This document shows positions 8,696-16,848 of a stretch of 50,002 bases of DNA, in pieces (positions within the stretch are counted from its first letter, which is position 1; each line of letters opens with the position of its first letter). The DNA lies in sequence record PP134913. One strand, 5' to 3'. The stretch comes from Shigella phage phiL. Under the pieces are notes generated by a model, which saw only the letters and a program-made list of their open reading frames with translations, was not told the origin of the DNA and made no database searches. The translations under genes and the position numbers were made by a program.

Positions 8696-9180
8696 AATTC
8701 CTTAACGCAATACGCGTATTCTTCAGCGCGTCTGTTCTTGAGTCCTCTAGACACTTCGCGCTTTTTGGTTTTTGGGTTGTAGTAGTATACCCATCGCCAT
8801 AACTGATTGCACGCTTCCCTGTGCTTACCCTGATTTATTAGCTTAAGCATTGTAGAAGATCCGAACGCGCCAGTACCAACGTTGAAAGTAAAGCTATACA
8901 ATGACGCGCGCATCGTTACAGGAATATCAACATTCACCTTTTTGTCTACGTATCTCTGAGCAACGCCGATGTGTTTTATCAACAAAGCATCGCATTCTCG
9001 CTTAGTGTATTTCTTACCAGGTATGACGTCCGGCCCGGTTATTCCGCTGCATACGGTAGGGACTCCGGCGATATCGTAATAAACCTCGTATTCTACACCT
9101 TCGATTCGTTCCAGTAGGGTAGGCGTCAACGTCAAAGCTGCCCCGATCGATGCGCCTATAACGTTATTTTTTAAACTCAT
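8692..9180 (-). CDS. endolysin, GH24 lysozyme-like, possible signal-anchor-release type
   Basis: E-x8-D-x5-T catalytic triad spacing ([19 protein letters not shown]); Gly/Ala-rich weakly hydrophobic N-terminus. Confidence 0.7.
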   Translation of the reverse strand: MSLKNNVIGASIGAALTLTPTLLERIEGVEYEVYYDIAGVPTVCSGITGPDVIPGKKYTKRECDALLIKHIGVAQRYVDKKVNVDIPVTMRASLYSFTFNVGTGAFGSSTMLKLINQGKHREACNQLWRWVYYYNPKTKKREVSRGLKNRRAEEYAYCVKEL

Positions 9181-9422
9181 TATCTCCCCCTGATCTTAAG
9201 CGCCTTATTTAGATCGCCATCGTTTAACGCTTCCTGAATTGCCTTGCTATCGCGATACTTCCAGTACGCTCCCCAAGCGCCAAAAAGCAGAAAGCAAATG
9301 AATGTAGCGCCAGCAATATAAAGTTGACCTGTCGCTGCCCCCACCAACGAAGCACCGCCCGTGCTTGACGTAGCTGCTGTTAAAAATTCTTTCATAATCT
9401 CACCATATATTTTTTTGAACAA
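9180..9422 (-). CDS. holin (80 aa)
   Basis: Small membrane protein with charged C-terminus directly upstream of endolysin. Confidence 0.55.
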   Translation of the reverse strand: MFKKIYGEIMKEFLTAATSSTGGASLVGAATGQLYIAGATFICFLLFGAWGAYWKYRDSKAIQEALNDGDLNKALKIRGR

Positions 9423-9514
9423 GTGAGTCGATTTTAACCTTCAAATTTACTTGATACAACGCAAAAAGGCCAGCATGTAAATCATGCCAGCCTGTAAGGT
9501 GATGAATGATATTG

Positions 9515-9691
9515 TTAATCTATCTCAATAAATTCCAGGTAGTAACCATTCAGAGGTGCTTGGATTACTGAGCCTCTACCGTCGTAAATCTCAAACAATC
9601 CCCCACCGAAATCATAACCAACACTATAGATCTGATTTACGCGGAATGGAAGTGTTTTGGAGTCATTTCGGATGCACTTAACTCGTTTCAT
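9515..9691 (-). CDS. small hypothetical protein (58 aa), not in ORF track
   Basis: ATG 9691 after AGAGG; downstream of promoter element 9723..9767. Confidence 0.35.
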   Translation of the reverse strand: MKRVKCIRNDSKTLPFRVNQIYSVGYDFGGGLFEIYDGRGSVIQAPLNGYYLEFIEID

Positions 9692-9722
9692 GATATGTAG
9701 CCTCTTTGTTTTTGATGTGGTT

Positions 9723-9767
9723 ACTATACCCGAATCCCTTCGGGCGTTTTTATCAATTAGTGCGATC
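9723..9767 (-). promoter_or_regulatory. conserved promoter-like element (degenerate motif)
   Basis: TATAGT plus AACCACATCAAAAAC leader; motif GGATCGCACTAATTGATA. Confidence 0.4.
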
Positions 9768-10908
9768 CTGTCATTTCTGGACGGTAGATGAATCGACCTA
9801 TCTCACCAAATTTCTTGTCGTAAACGATTACCGCCGCCTGACGATATGAGCGCCACCCGCCGCGCGCGGCGTATGCATCCTTCGCTCCTAACTGACCGTG
9901 AACCTCATCGATACCTAACGAGTGTTCAGTGATTGTCTGATGATGCCAGTGACCGCTATGAGTATACACATACTTGCTCTCTCCGAAGTCTGCACGGAAG
10001 TCTGCCGCCATCGCTGCAAGTCGCGTGTCTGCCTTTTTCATAGTGTGCCCGTGAGTGTATCCCAATAAGGTGTTTCCCCATCGAGTCTTATGCAGAATCA
10101 TAGGGCTAACGTCAACGAATACTCGCGGCTCGTCTTCATAATATGCCGACATTGCAGCACGTAGCCAAATCATACCGGCCTGGTCGTGGTTCCCTTCAAT
10201 AATCTGAACCTCGACTTCTTTGTGTTTCATAAGCATTTTGTCGATAGCGCGACGCACAGAACGGATCGCAACATGCACCAATTTTGCGTATCGTGAATCC
10301 TGATCCAGAACGTGACCGCTTGCCGGGGTAACAGCATCAAGACCGTCCGAGTGAAGGAAGTCACCGCCAATTAACAGAACAGCCTTCTCTGCGTTAGGGG
10401 CAATATCGATCGCGTAATTGAAGAAGTCGCCAAGCACTTTTTCAGCTACGTCGGTAGAGTAGTTCTCTCCGCATTCATGTTTGTGAGCAAGCGCACCAAT
10501 ATGAAGATCGAATACCGGATAGAGTGCCAGCTTACCAATCGCTGTCGTAAGCCCTTGCGAGGTTAGTAGCTCGGTTGGCTTTGCTCGCGGCAGGTCTTCA
10601 CAGAATGCAATACGCGCCGCTTCCATCATTGCCGCAATCTTCTCACGGTCCTGATCGGTTTTTACCCAGCGCACTACCTCGGTCCCATCGCCGCGAATCA
10701 TCGTCGACGTGCCTTTTACCATGAATCCCTCTGGCACGTTTTTAGCAACATGCTCGTTACCGTGAAAATGACCTTCTTTTGCCAGCTTTGCATGGCGCGC
10801 TTCAACAGTGCGAATGTGCATACCGTATTTTTCCGCGATTTCGCGAAGTGTTAGGCCGCTCATGCGCTCTTCAATAAGTTGCTCGGTGGTGATTTTAGCT
10901 TGTGACAT
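9757..10908 (-). CDS. metallophosphoesterase with N-terminal HTH domain
   Basis: Calcineurin-like motifs DLH, GDFLH, GNHD, GHTH, GHWH; N-terminal LTLREIAEKYG HTH. Confidence 0.65.
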   Translation of the reverse strand: MSQAKITTEQLIEERMSGLTLREIAEKYGMHIRTVEARHAKLAKEGHFHGNEHVAKNVPEGFMVKGTSTMIRGDGTEVVRWVKTDQDREKIAAMMEAARIAFCEDLPRAKPTELLTSQGLTTAIGKLALYPVFDLHIGALAHKHECGENYSTDVAEKVLGDFFNYAIDIAPNAEKAVLLIGGDFLHSDGLDAVTPASGHVLDQDSRYAKLVHVAIRSVRRAIDKMLMKHKEVEVQIIEGNHDQAGMIWLRAAMSAYYEDEPRVFVDVSPMILHKTRWGNTLLGYTHGHTMKKADTRLAAMAADFRADFGESKYVYTHSGHWHHQTITEHSLGIDEVHGQLGAKDAYAARGGWRSYRQAAVIVYDKKFGEIGRFIYRPEMTGSH

Positions 10909-10986
10909 ATTTTAATCCTTACATGATAATGAAATACATTACTGAAAATGAAATTAGCGGTGTTAATACTACAGCAAAATAAAGTT

Positions 10987-11388
10987 TCATGCCACAGCCT
11001 TTAACCAGAATCCTAGATCCGAAGATTTAAACTCAACAAGTTTTCCGTCAACCTCAAGCATCATACTGTTTCTGCCTGGTGAGTAGTAACCTATATGCAA
11101 CTCCTGCTCAATACCGATAGTGCAAAGCACATTAACAAAGTCAGGTGGCAACCAGTCAGAGAAAGGGATTTGTTTAACCTGCCTTTTCCCGATCCATATT
11201 GTCTGGTAGTAATCTGAGTTAATATTTAAGCCTGGAAGGCTTGTTGCTCTTTGCGTTCTTTCGTTCTCGCTCAATTCTCTTTCCTTCTTCACGATAAAAC
11301 TCAAGTGACGGGGTTGCTGGCACTCTATGCATTTTTCTCGGCATATCTTCCATAAATGAAATCTTTCCGTTTGATATAATGCTAACAT
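10987..11388 (-). CDS. hypothetical protein (133 aa); start doubtful
   Basis: Overlaps 11219..11491 by 170 nt in another frame; poor RBS at 11388. Confidence 0.3.
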   Translation of the reverse strand: MLALYQTERFHLWKICREKCIECQQPRHLSFIVKKERELSENERTQRATSLPGLNINSDYYQTIWIGKRQVKQIPFSDWLPPDFVNVLCTIGIEQELHIGYYSPGRNSMMLEVDGKLVEFKSSDLGFWLKAVA

Positions 11389-11491
11389 CCTTTATATCGA
11401 AATATTTTGCTATTAGTGCTATATCGTCTGATATTCCGCATTCCTTTGCGTGCTCCCAAACCTCTCGTTTACCTTGTTTTTTTATCAGCAT
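11219..11491 (-). CDS. hypothetical protein (90 aa)
   Basis: ATG 11491 preceded by GGAGA. Confidence 0.45.
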   Translation of the reverse strand: MLIKKQGKREVWEHAKECGISDDIALIAKYFDIKDVSIISNGKISFMEDMPRKMHRVPATPSLEFYREEGKRIERERKNAKSNKPSRLKY

Positions 11492-11678
11492 TGGTTAGTT
11501 TCTCCACGCTTTCAATAAAACACTCAACATCTTTGACTGAGCATAGGTAATAAGCCATTTTAAGGAAGTTAATAGCAATATCCCAATCAAAGTTACCGCC
11601 TTTCTTGTTGGTGATATGAACAGCCATTTTTGCTGACTGTTGAGCGATATTGAAAAAGTTTGCGTTAATGCGTGCCAT
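11469..11678 (-). CDS. hypothetical protein (69 aa)
   Basis: Start moved to second ATG (GAGGA RBS); promoter element 11711..11755. Confidence 0.45.
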   Translation of the reverse strand: MARINANFFNIAQQSAKMAVHITNKKGGNFDWDIAINFLKMAYYLCSVKDVECFIESVEKLTNADKKTR

Positions 11679-11710
11679 CTTTTGATTCCTCATCTTGTCT
11701 CAATGAAATA

Positions 11711-11755
11711 ACTATACCCGACTTTCGCCGGGTATTTTTAGCAATTAGTGCTGAA
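11711..11755 (-). promoter_or_regulatory. conserved promoter-like element
   Basis: TTCAGCACTAATTGCTAAAA ... hairpin ... TATAGT. Confidence 0.5.
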
Positions 11756-11996
11756 CGATCGTATCTGCTTTAAGTTCCTCTACGTCTTTCTGGATAATTG
11801 AAGGCCAATTCTCGATATGTTCATTTTTTATCTCATCGAAAGACATATCAAGAGAACTAGTGAAATCCCACAGTTCGCAACCAATAACATCCTTAGTCAA
11901 TCCGTTTCGCTCCATAATTTCGCAGCACGTAGCTCGATAAAGTAGCCATAAACCTTGATCAGTTAACTTAACAGGAATCATTTTCTCGTTCATCAT
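11745..11996 (-). CDS. hypothetical protein (83 aa)
   Basis: ATGA overlap with Dam gene stop. Confidence 0.5.
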   Translation of the reverse strand: MMNEKMIPVKLTDQGLWLLYRATCCEIMERNGLTKDVIGCELWDFTSSLDMSFDEIKNEHIENWPSIIQKDVEELKADTIVQH

Positions 11997-12706
11997 ACTT
12001 TCCTTACTTTTGCGCGCTTGTTTTTAACCGAAGGGCAAATGCTTGTGATTGGGATATAGTGAGTCTGTTGAACCTCACCCTCTTTCAGTTCGCGCATAAT
12101 GAAAATTACCGAACCTTTGTTATTGCCGTCAACCGCCTTTCCTGTTTCGCCGGATATGAACGCCAGACGACCTGAACGTGCGTACTCGTTCCCGTCGATA
12201 TCCTCAGTCAAATCCGCTTCAATCCAGATAATCTCAGCCGCGTGCTGTCGTGCCTCAGTAAACCACGCTGTAGAATTATCGGCAGGCAACAGAATATCAA
12301 TCTGGTTGTTGTGCTCCATTTGCTCGATCGCCTTCTTGACGAATATATCAGGTCGACTGTAAGGAGGATTTAACCATACATGCTTATTTTTACCCCACCA
12401 ACGTTTTAAGCAGTTTGTTTCCTGAGAATAGAACTTCTCGCAAACTTTATTTTCTTTACTTGCCGCAGCGTCGAGATCATATTTTCCATAGCGCCCCTCA
12501 AGGTATGCAATAACCTCTCGTGGAGTTGACCATAAATCACGAACTGCGTCAGGGGTATTTGTTCCCTTATATCGACGACCTGAAATCTCTTTGCAGGTTG
12601 GCGTTTTTAGCGCCTGATAATAACCGCCTGATGCTATTGCTTCGCGAGTGAATGAGCAACCAGTATCTGCAAAGTCGATGGTTTCAATATCATTGAAGTC
12701 TTTCAT
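11993..12706 (-). CDS. dam: DNA N6-adenine methyltransferase (phage Dam-type)
   Basis: NPPY catalytic motif (WLNPPYSRPD); size and position typical of T1-like Dam. Confidence 0.75.
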   Translation of the reverse strand: MKDFNDIETIDFADTGCSFTREAIASGGYYQALKTPTCKEISGRRYKGTNTPDAVRDLWSTPREVIAYLEGRYGKYDLDAAASKENKVCEKFYSQETNCLKRWWGKNKHVWLNPPYSRPDIFVKKAIEQMEHNNQIDILLPADNSTAWFTEARQHAAEIIWIEADLTEDIDGNEYARSGRLAFISGETGKAVDGNNKGSVIFIMRELKEGEVQQTHYIPITSICPSVKNKRAKVRKV

Positions 12707-12733
12707 TTTTAGTCCTCTCGTTTTGGTGAAATA

Positions 12734-12779
12734 ATAATGCCAGATTCCATTCCGGCAGTTTTAACAAAAAGTGCTATTT
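12734..12779 (-). promoter_or_regulatory. conserved promoter-like element upstream of Dam gene
   Basis: AATAGCACTTTTTGTTAAAA ... CATTAT ... CAAAACGAGAGG leader. Confidence 0.5.
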
Positions 12780-13190
12780 CATCATTTCGTAGATTGAGAT
12801 CTTGAATTGCGCGAATCCGTATGCGACGGCAGAGAAGCCGCCACGCTCCCGGACCTTTCGAAGAAACTCCCTTTGCTTGTCGCTGACTGGTGACGCCTTT
12901 CCTTTGCCTGACTTATTAACCCGCTTTAGTTCTATTGCTGCAAACGGATATTTTGAGTTGACACCAATCAGGATAACGAAGTCTGACACGCCTTTAAGTA
13001 ATCCAGCCTGTTCATCCCTTAGTGCCGATGTGATTGTTTTTTCACCTTCATTGACGGTGTGCCAAAATAGAAGGTGAGGGAAATTGTATTTCAACCAGGA
13101 CACGCAATCCACCTGATGAGCATCCTCCTTTCGAATGTCGCTGGGATCTCGCTCGTAAAACTCTAAGTAATCTCCTTTGTCTGTAATCAT
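12774..13190 (-). CDS. VRR-NUC domain nuclease
   Basis: PD-(D/E)xK-type residues (SDFVILI ... AIELK); ATGA overlap with helicase stop. Confidence 0.65.
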   Translation of the reverse strand: MITDKGDYLEFYERDPSDIRKEDAHQVDCVSWLKYNFPHLLFWHTVNEGEKTITSALRDEQAGLLKGVSDFVILIGVNSKYPFAAIELKRVNKSGKGKASPVSDKQREFLRKVRERGGFSAVAYGFAQFKISIYEMMK

Positions 13191-15205
13191 TGCGGGATAT
13201 CCTCCATACCGAAATCTTTACGTGAAATAATATCTTCCTTCTTCTGGTTGCGTCGGTGTGTGACTCGTACCGGATGAGCAATATGATGTGAGTACTGCAC
13301 GATCTTGATTGCGTTCTTCATTCCGATAAAGTAGCGACGCATTTTAGGATCTGACACATGAGGCAATACGCCCTTCGTTTTCCATAGCGTACCGCAAATC
13401 TTAGAGTCGGACTCAGGGAAGAATTTTTCATACGCCTTGAACTCATCACCATCATCGTTAATCAGCGTGTATTTGTATATCACGCCCTTTTGGTTTTTGG
13501 TTAGCGTTACCTCAAAATTCTTGACCTCATACCAGTCATTCTTGGTGTACGCCTTGCCGGACAATTTCAGGTTAGGATCGACAAGTGACACATCACAGCA
13601 ACGACAAACTCGGGCGACAACGTCATTCTCGGCACCACATCCTTTAACAAGAATTTTCCCGGTTCGCTCATCAACCTGATCCTCGCAAATCTGAGAAGTC
13701 CAGAAGTGATCGCATCTCTCACCGTCTATAACGTTAACGCATCGGCGAGCGTAGAAGCTATTAACGCAACCACACTTAGGACACGTTTTCGGGTCTTTGC
13801 CGTTTTCAAAACGCTTCTGGAATTGCGCCTGCTCAAGTATCGGATCGAAATAAAGTTGGCCCAACTCATCCATAGTGCCAGCGAAATCCCATACCAGATG
13901 GTCTTGCTTAACCATTCCTTCAGCAACCTGCCATGATTTAAGCAGCCGCATACCCCTACCCAAAAGCTGAATCAACAGAGTGAGAGATCCTATCTTGCGG
14001 AGTATGACACTAAAATCCCAATTTGGAACGTTAACGCCAGTAGTGAGCGCCATTACCTGAAAGGTGTATTTAATCTTCCCGGCCCTTACATCGTCCAGAA
14101 TCTTCTTGCGCGTTTTGGTGTCTGTGTCGCCAGTGATGATTGCATAGGTGCTTCCTGGAGGCAGTGCTGCCGCCGCCTCTTTACAGTGACGCACCCCAGC
14201 GCATGTAATCAGAACCGCGTTACGCTCTTCAGCCTTTTTGGCGACCATTTGCATGATTCGCTGAGTAAGAGATTTATCATGAAGGATCTCATCTTCCATT
14301 GCCTTCATATCTTTCTCTGTAAAGTCCTGTACGCCGTCCTCGCTTGATGCCTTGAACTTATCCAGATCGTAGTGTACGCCGTCAGTTGAACCGAATATCG
14401 TCGGCACAACAGATCCGAACTCAATCAGATAGTTTGTGTCGATATCAGTTACTCGCTCACGCCAGAATCCCAGCGCTTTATGATTCTCTACCAGAATAGG
14501 AACTACACCCCGAAATTCAGATCCGGTCATACCAAATATTCTGAGATCGTGACCGTGAACCTTTTTACAGCGCCGCATCATTTCCATGATTACGATCGTG
14601 TACTGACTGCGCTTGGTTCCAAGTAAAGGTTTTCCATCATTACCAATCATGGGGACATCTCCGTCCATGATAACTTTCCCTTTTTCTCCCCTCATCTGTT
14701 CCATCGTTTCCTTGCCTTCTATTGCTTGCGCAAGGTCTTCCCAATCCACCTGGTGACATTCGTCGATCCCAATTACATGCGGGACAAAATCAGCCAACTC
14801 ATTGTCGAGGCCATTTGCAACCGTACCCTCAGAGCCAACCACGATCGGGAAGTAGCAGGACTTGATTCCAAGCGATGCTGAGAAGATGGAGTTCGTTACC
14901 CCGAAGTTGTCGATCTCCTCACTATCCTGATCGACAATCTCACCCTGCCGGGCAAGCACAAGCATTTTCAGGCCCATTTTTTGACACTGCTTTGCCACCA
15001 TAGCGAATATGATTGTTTTACCCGCAGATACTGACGCTTTAACAAAGAATGGATGCTCGTAATTTGACAGGCGTTTTGCGATCTCGGCATAAGCAACAAC
15101 CTGATACGGATAAGGAACGACCTCACCGACAGTAAATCGTTCTTGAGTGCGTTTTATATAGTCCTCGCCAAGTAATGCGATTTGCTTCTTGATGTTAATT
15201 GTCAC
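13187..15205 (-). CDS. SF2 DNA helicase with C-terminal Cys-rich region
   Basis: Walker A SAGKT, DECH box, C-terminal CPKCGC...C...C cluster. Confidence 0.8.
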   Translation of the reverse strand: MTINIKKQIALLGEDYIKRTQERFTVGEVVPYPYQVVAYAEIAKRLSNYEHPFFVKASVSAGKTIIFAMVAKQCQKMGLKMLVLARQGEIVDQDSEEIDNFGVTNSIFSASLGIKSCYFPIVVGSEGTVANGLDNELADFVPHVIGIDECHQVDWEDLAQAIEGKETMEQMRGEKGKVIMDGDVPMIGNDGKPLLGTKRSQYTIVIMEMMRRCKKVHGHDLRIFGMTGSEFRGVVPILVENHKALGFWRERVTDIDTNYLIEFGSVVPTIFGSTDGVHYDLDKFKASSEDGVQDFTEKDMKAMEDEILHDKSLTQRIMQMVAKKAEERNAVLITCAGVRHCKEAAAALPPGSTYAIITGDTDTKTRKKILDDVRAGKIKYTFQVMALTTGVNVPNWDFSVILRKIGSLTLLIQLLGRGMRLLKSWQVAEGMVKQDHLVWDFAGTMDELGQLYFDPILEQAQFQKRFENGKDPKTCPKCGCVNSFYARRCVNVIDGERCDHFWTSQICEDQVDERTGKILVKGCGAENDVVARVCRCCDVSLVDPNLKLSGKAYTKNDWYEVKNFEVTLTKNQKGVIYKYTLINDDGDEFKAYEKFFPESDSKICGTLWKTKGVLPHVSDPKMRRYFIGMKNAIKIVQYSHHIAHPVRVTHRRNQKKEDIISRKDFGMEDIPQ

Positions 15206-15219
15206 GGCTATTTAATCCT

Positions 15220-15248
15220 TTGAATCGTTGTATCGTTTACGCTATAAT
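15220..15248 (+). promoter_or_regulatory. sigma70-like promoter TTGAAT-N17-TATAAT for Cro-like gene
   Basis: Near-consensus hexamers with 17-nt spacer, about 50 nt upstream of ATG 15300. Confidence 0.6.
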
Positions 15249-15267
15249 ACACGACATACAGTAAACG

Positions 15268-15286
15268 TTTTTAGCAAAAATTGCTA
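15268..15286 (+). promoter_or_regulatory. perfect palindromic motif copy in leader of Cro-like gene
   Basis: TAGCAAAAATTGCTA between -10 (15243..15248) and RBS. Confidence 0.5.
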
Positions 15287-15299
15287 CAGGAGAATTAAG

Positions 15300-15752
15300 A
15301 TGAATATGCAACGTATCGCAGAGTCAACTGGTGAAATCGATAAACGTCACATTAATGGTAACAACGGAACGCGACGCGGTAAAGACAAAAAGCCTCGCCA
15401 GCGCTGCGGCTTCTATATTCATAAAGAAGAAACACGAGCGGGACTGCGAGCGCGACTTGACGCTCTTATTGAATATTACGGCGGCCCAGCGGCCTGCGCA
15501 AAAGCTCTGAAGGTTAGCAATCAGACCGTGCAAGGATGGAAAGATCGCAACATGATTTCGTGGCAAGGTGCTGAAGCTGCGCATCGTGCTTACCGCCGTC
15601 AGGGGTGTAAAGGATTCCGCGCCGCATGGCTGCGATTCGACCTGAAGTTTGACGGTAACGGAAAATGCCTTGAGAAGAGATGCAAGAATAAGAAATTTAT
15701 GCGCGTCGTGAAGAAGGAAGATATCGGAACGACCAATAGCATTTTTAGTTAA
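15300..15752 (+). CDS. Cro/YdaS-like HTH DNA-binding protein
   Basis: GGPAACAKALKVSNQTVQGWKDRN HTH resembling YdaS/Cro family; AGGAGA RBS; own sigma70-like promoter. Confidence 0.55.
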   Translation: MNMQRIAESTGEIDKRHINGNNGTRRGKDKKPRQRCGFYIHKEETRAGLRARLDALIEYYGGPAACAKALKVSNQTVQGWKDRNMISWQGAEAAHRAYRRQGCKGFRAAWLRFDLKFDGNGKCLEKRCKNKKFMRVVKKEDIGTTNSIFS

Positions 15753-15756
15753 AACA
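15737..15756 (+). promoter_or_regulatory. motif copy at 3' end of Cro-like gene
   Basis: AATAGCATTTTTAGTTAAAA followed by terminator hairpin. Confidence 0.4.
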
Positions 15757-15761
15757 ATAGA

Positions 15762-15797
15762 CGCGTAGCGGGTTAACATCCTTCTACGCGTTTTTTA
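15762..15797 (+). terminator. intrinsic terminator after Cro-like gene
   Basis: Hairpin CGCGTAG...CTACGCG followed by TTTTTTATTT. Confidence 0.5.
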
Positions 15798-15812
15798 TTT
15801 GGAGATCTGGAA

Positions 15813-16748
15813 GTGAACGAAGAATTTATGATGTTTCAGAAAGAGGACGTATTGCCGTATATGAAGGGGTTATGGCGTGAGGCGTTCCAGTCCGTATGCG
15901 GATTACCTAACGAGGTTTTCAACAAGAAGCATCAACCTTGCCCTAACTGCGGCGGCAAAGACCGTTTTCGCTGGACTGATAATCTGAATACTCCTGGCGA
16001 CGGCGGCGCGATCTGCAACTCCTGCGGTAACGACTCCGGGATCGGTTGGTTGATGAAGTTAACTGGTATGCCGTATAGCGATTGCATAAACATCCTGGGA
16101 AGATTTCTCGGAAAAGTCCCTCAGGAATACATCGTCAAGGCAAACAAGAAAGCACGCAGGACTCCGGTGTCTGGTGTCAATGTGATGATGGCAGATCATG
16201 AAGCAGTGATGAAAGTAATGGAGCGCACAGAGAAGCGCGTAAACACACCTCTAAGCATGTTTGAATCTCTACCAACTGAATCATTCGACGTTGGCGTAAA
16301 ACGTCGCGATGATGGCAGGGAGGGCGTATTTCACACTATCCCGTGTCAACTTGTACACGAGGACGGTCTTGATGACGAGTTTTGCAATATTTTGATTATT
16401 GATGAAGAAGGAAGGGAATCGTTTTACGCTAAGAAATATACGAGTTGTTCGGTTGCCGTGACTGGTAAAACAGAAAAAGCGATCTACTTATGCCTTAATT
16501 GGATTGATGCTCAGCATATTGCATTTCACACAAAGCAAGAGGTATGGGCCTGCTTCACTCCTGAGAATCTGGAAATGGTTGCATACAGATATAAAGGGGA
16601 TCGAGAAGTAAGGGTTGCGTGCGAACCTTCAGACAAGGAGACTTTATACATGGCAGACGACCGACAATTAAAAATAATCATCCCAAATCCTGGAGGATAC
16701 CGCTCAGGGATGCAAGCCAAGTTATTCTCAGCGAGTGACCTACTCTAA
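15813..16748 (+). CDS. primase-like protein with zinc-binding motif
   Basis: CPNCGG...CNSCG zinc ribbon near N-terminus; follows helicase region. Confidence 0.5.
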   Translation: MNEEFMMFQKEDVLPYMKGLWREAFQSVCGLPNEVFNKKHQPCPNCGGKDRFRWTDNLNTPGDGGAICNSCGNDSGIGWLMKLTGMPYSDCINILGRFLGKVPQEYIVKANKKARRTPVSGVNVMMADHEAVMKVMERTEKRVNTPLSMFESLPTESFDVGVKRRDDGREGVFHTIPCQLVHEDGLDDEFCNILIIDEEGRESFYAKKYTSCSVAVTGKTEKAIYLCLNWIDAQHIAFHTKQEVWACFTPENLEMVAYRYKGDREVRVACEPSDKETLYMADDRQLKIIIPNPGGYRSGMQAKLFSASDLL

Positions 16749-16770
16749 CCGCCTTCTGGCGGTTTTTTAT
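16749..16770 (+). terminator. intrinsic terminator after primase-like gene
   Basis: Hairpin CCGCCTTCTGGCGG followed by 6 T. Confidence 0.65.
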
Positions 16771-16786
16771 TGTCCATTGCAAGTCA

Positions 16787-16830
16787 GATAGCACAATGAT
16801 AAAATCATTGTTTAGCAATTCGTGCTATTT
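16787..16830 (+). promoter_or_regulatory. motif copy plus half-site and palindrome CAATGAT-AAA-ATCATTG upstream of tail fibre RBS
   Basis: GATAGCAC, CAATGATAAAATCATTG, TTTAGCAATTCGTGCTATTT ending 8 nt before AAGGAG. Confidence 0.45.
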
Positions 16831-16848
16831 ACTTAAGGAGTTTATACT

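Noticed and set aside
15324-15779. Minus-strand ORF 15324..15779 (151 aa)
   Set aside because: Fully antisense to the Cro-like gene, which has a promoter, RBS and HTH motif; no RBS on the minus strand.
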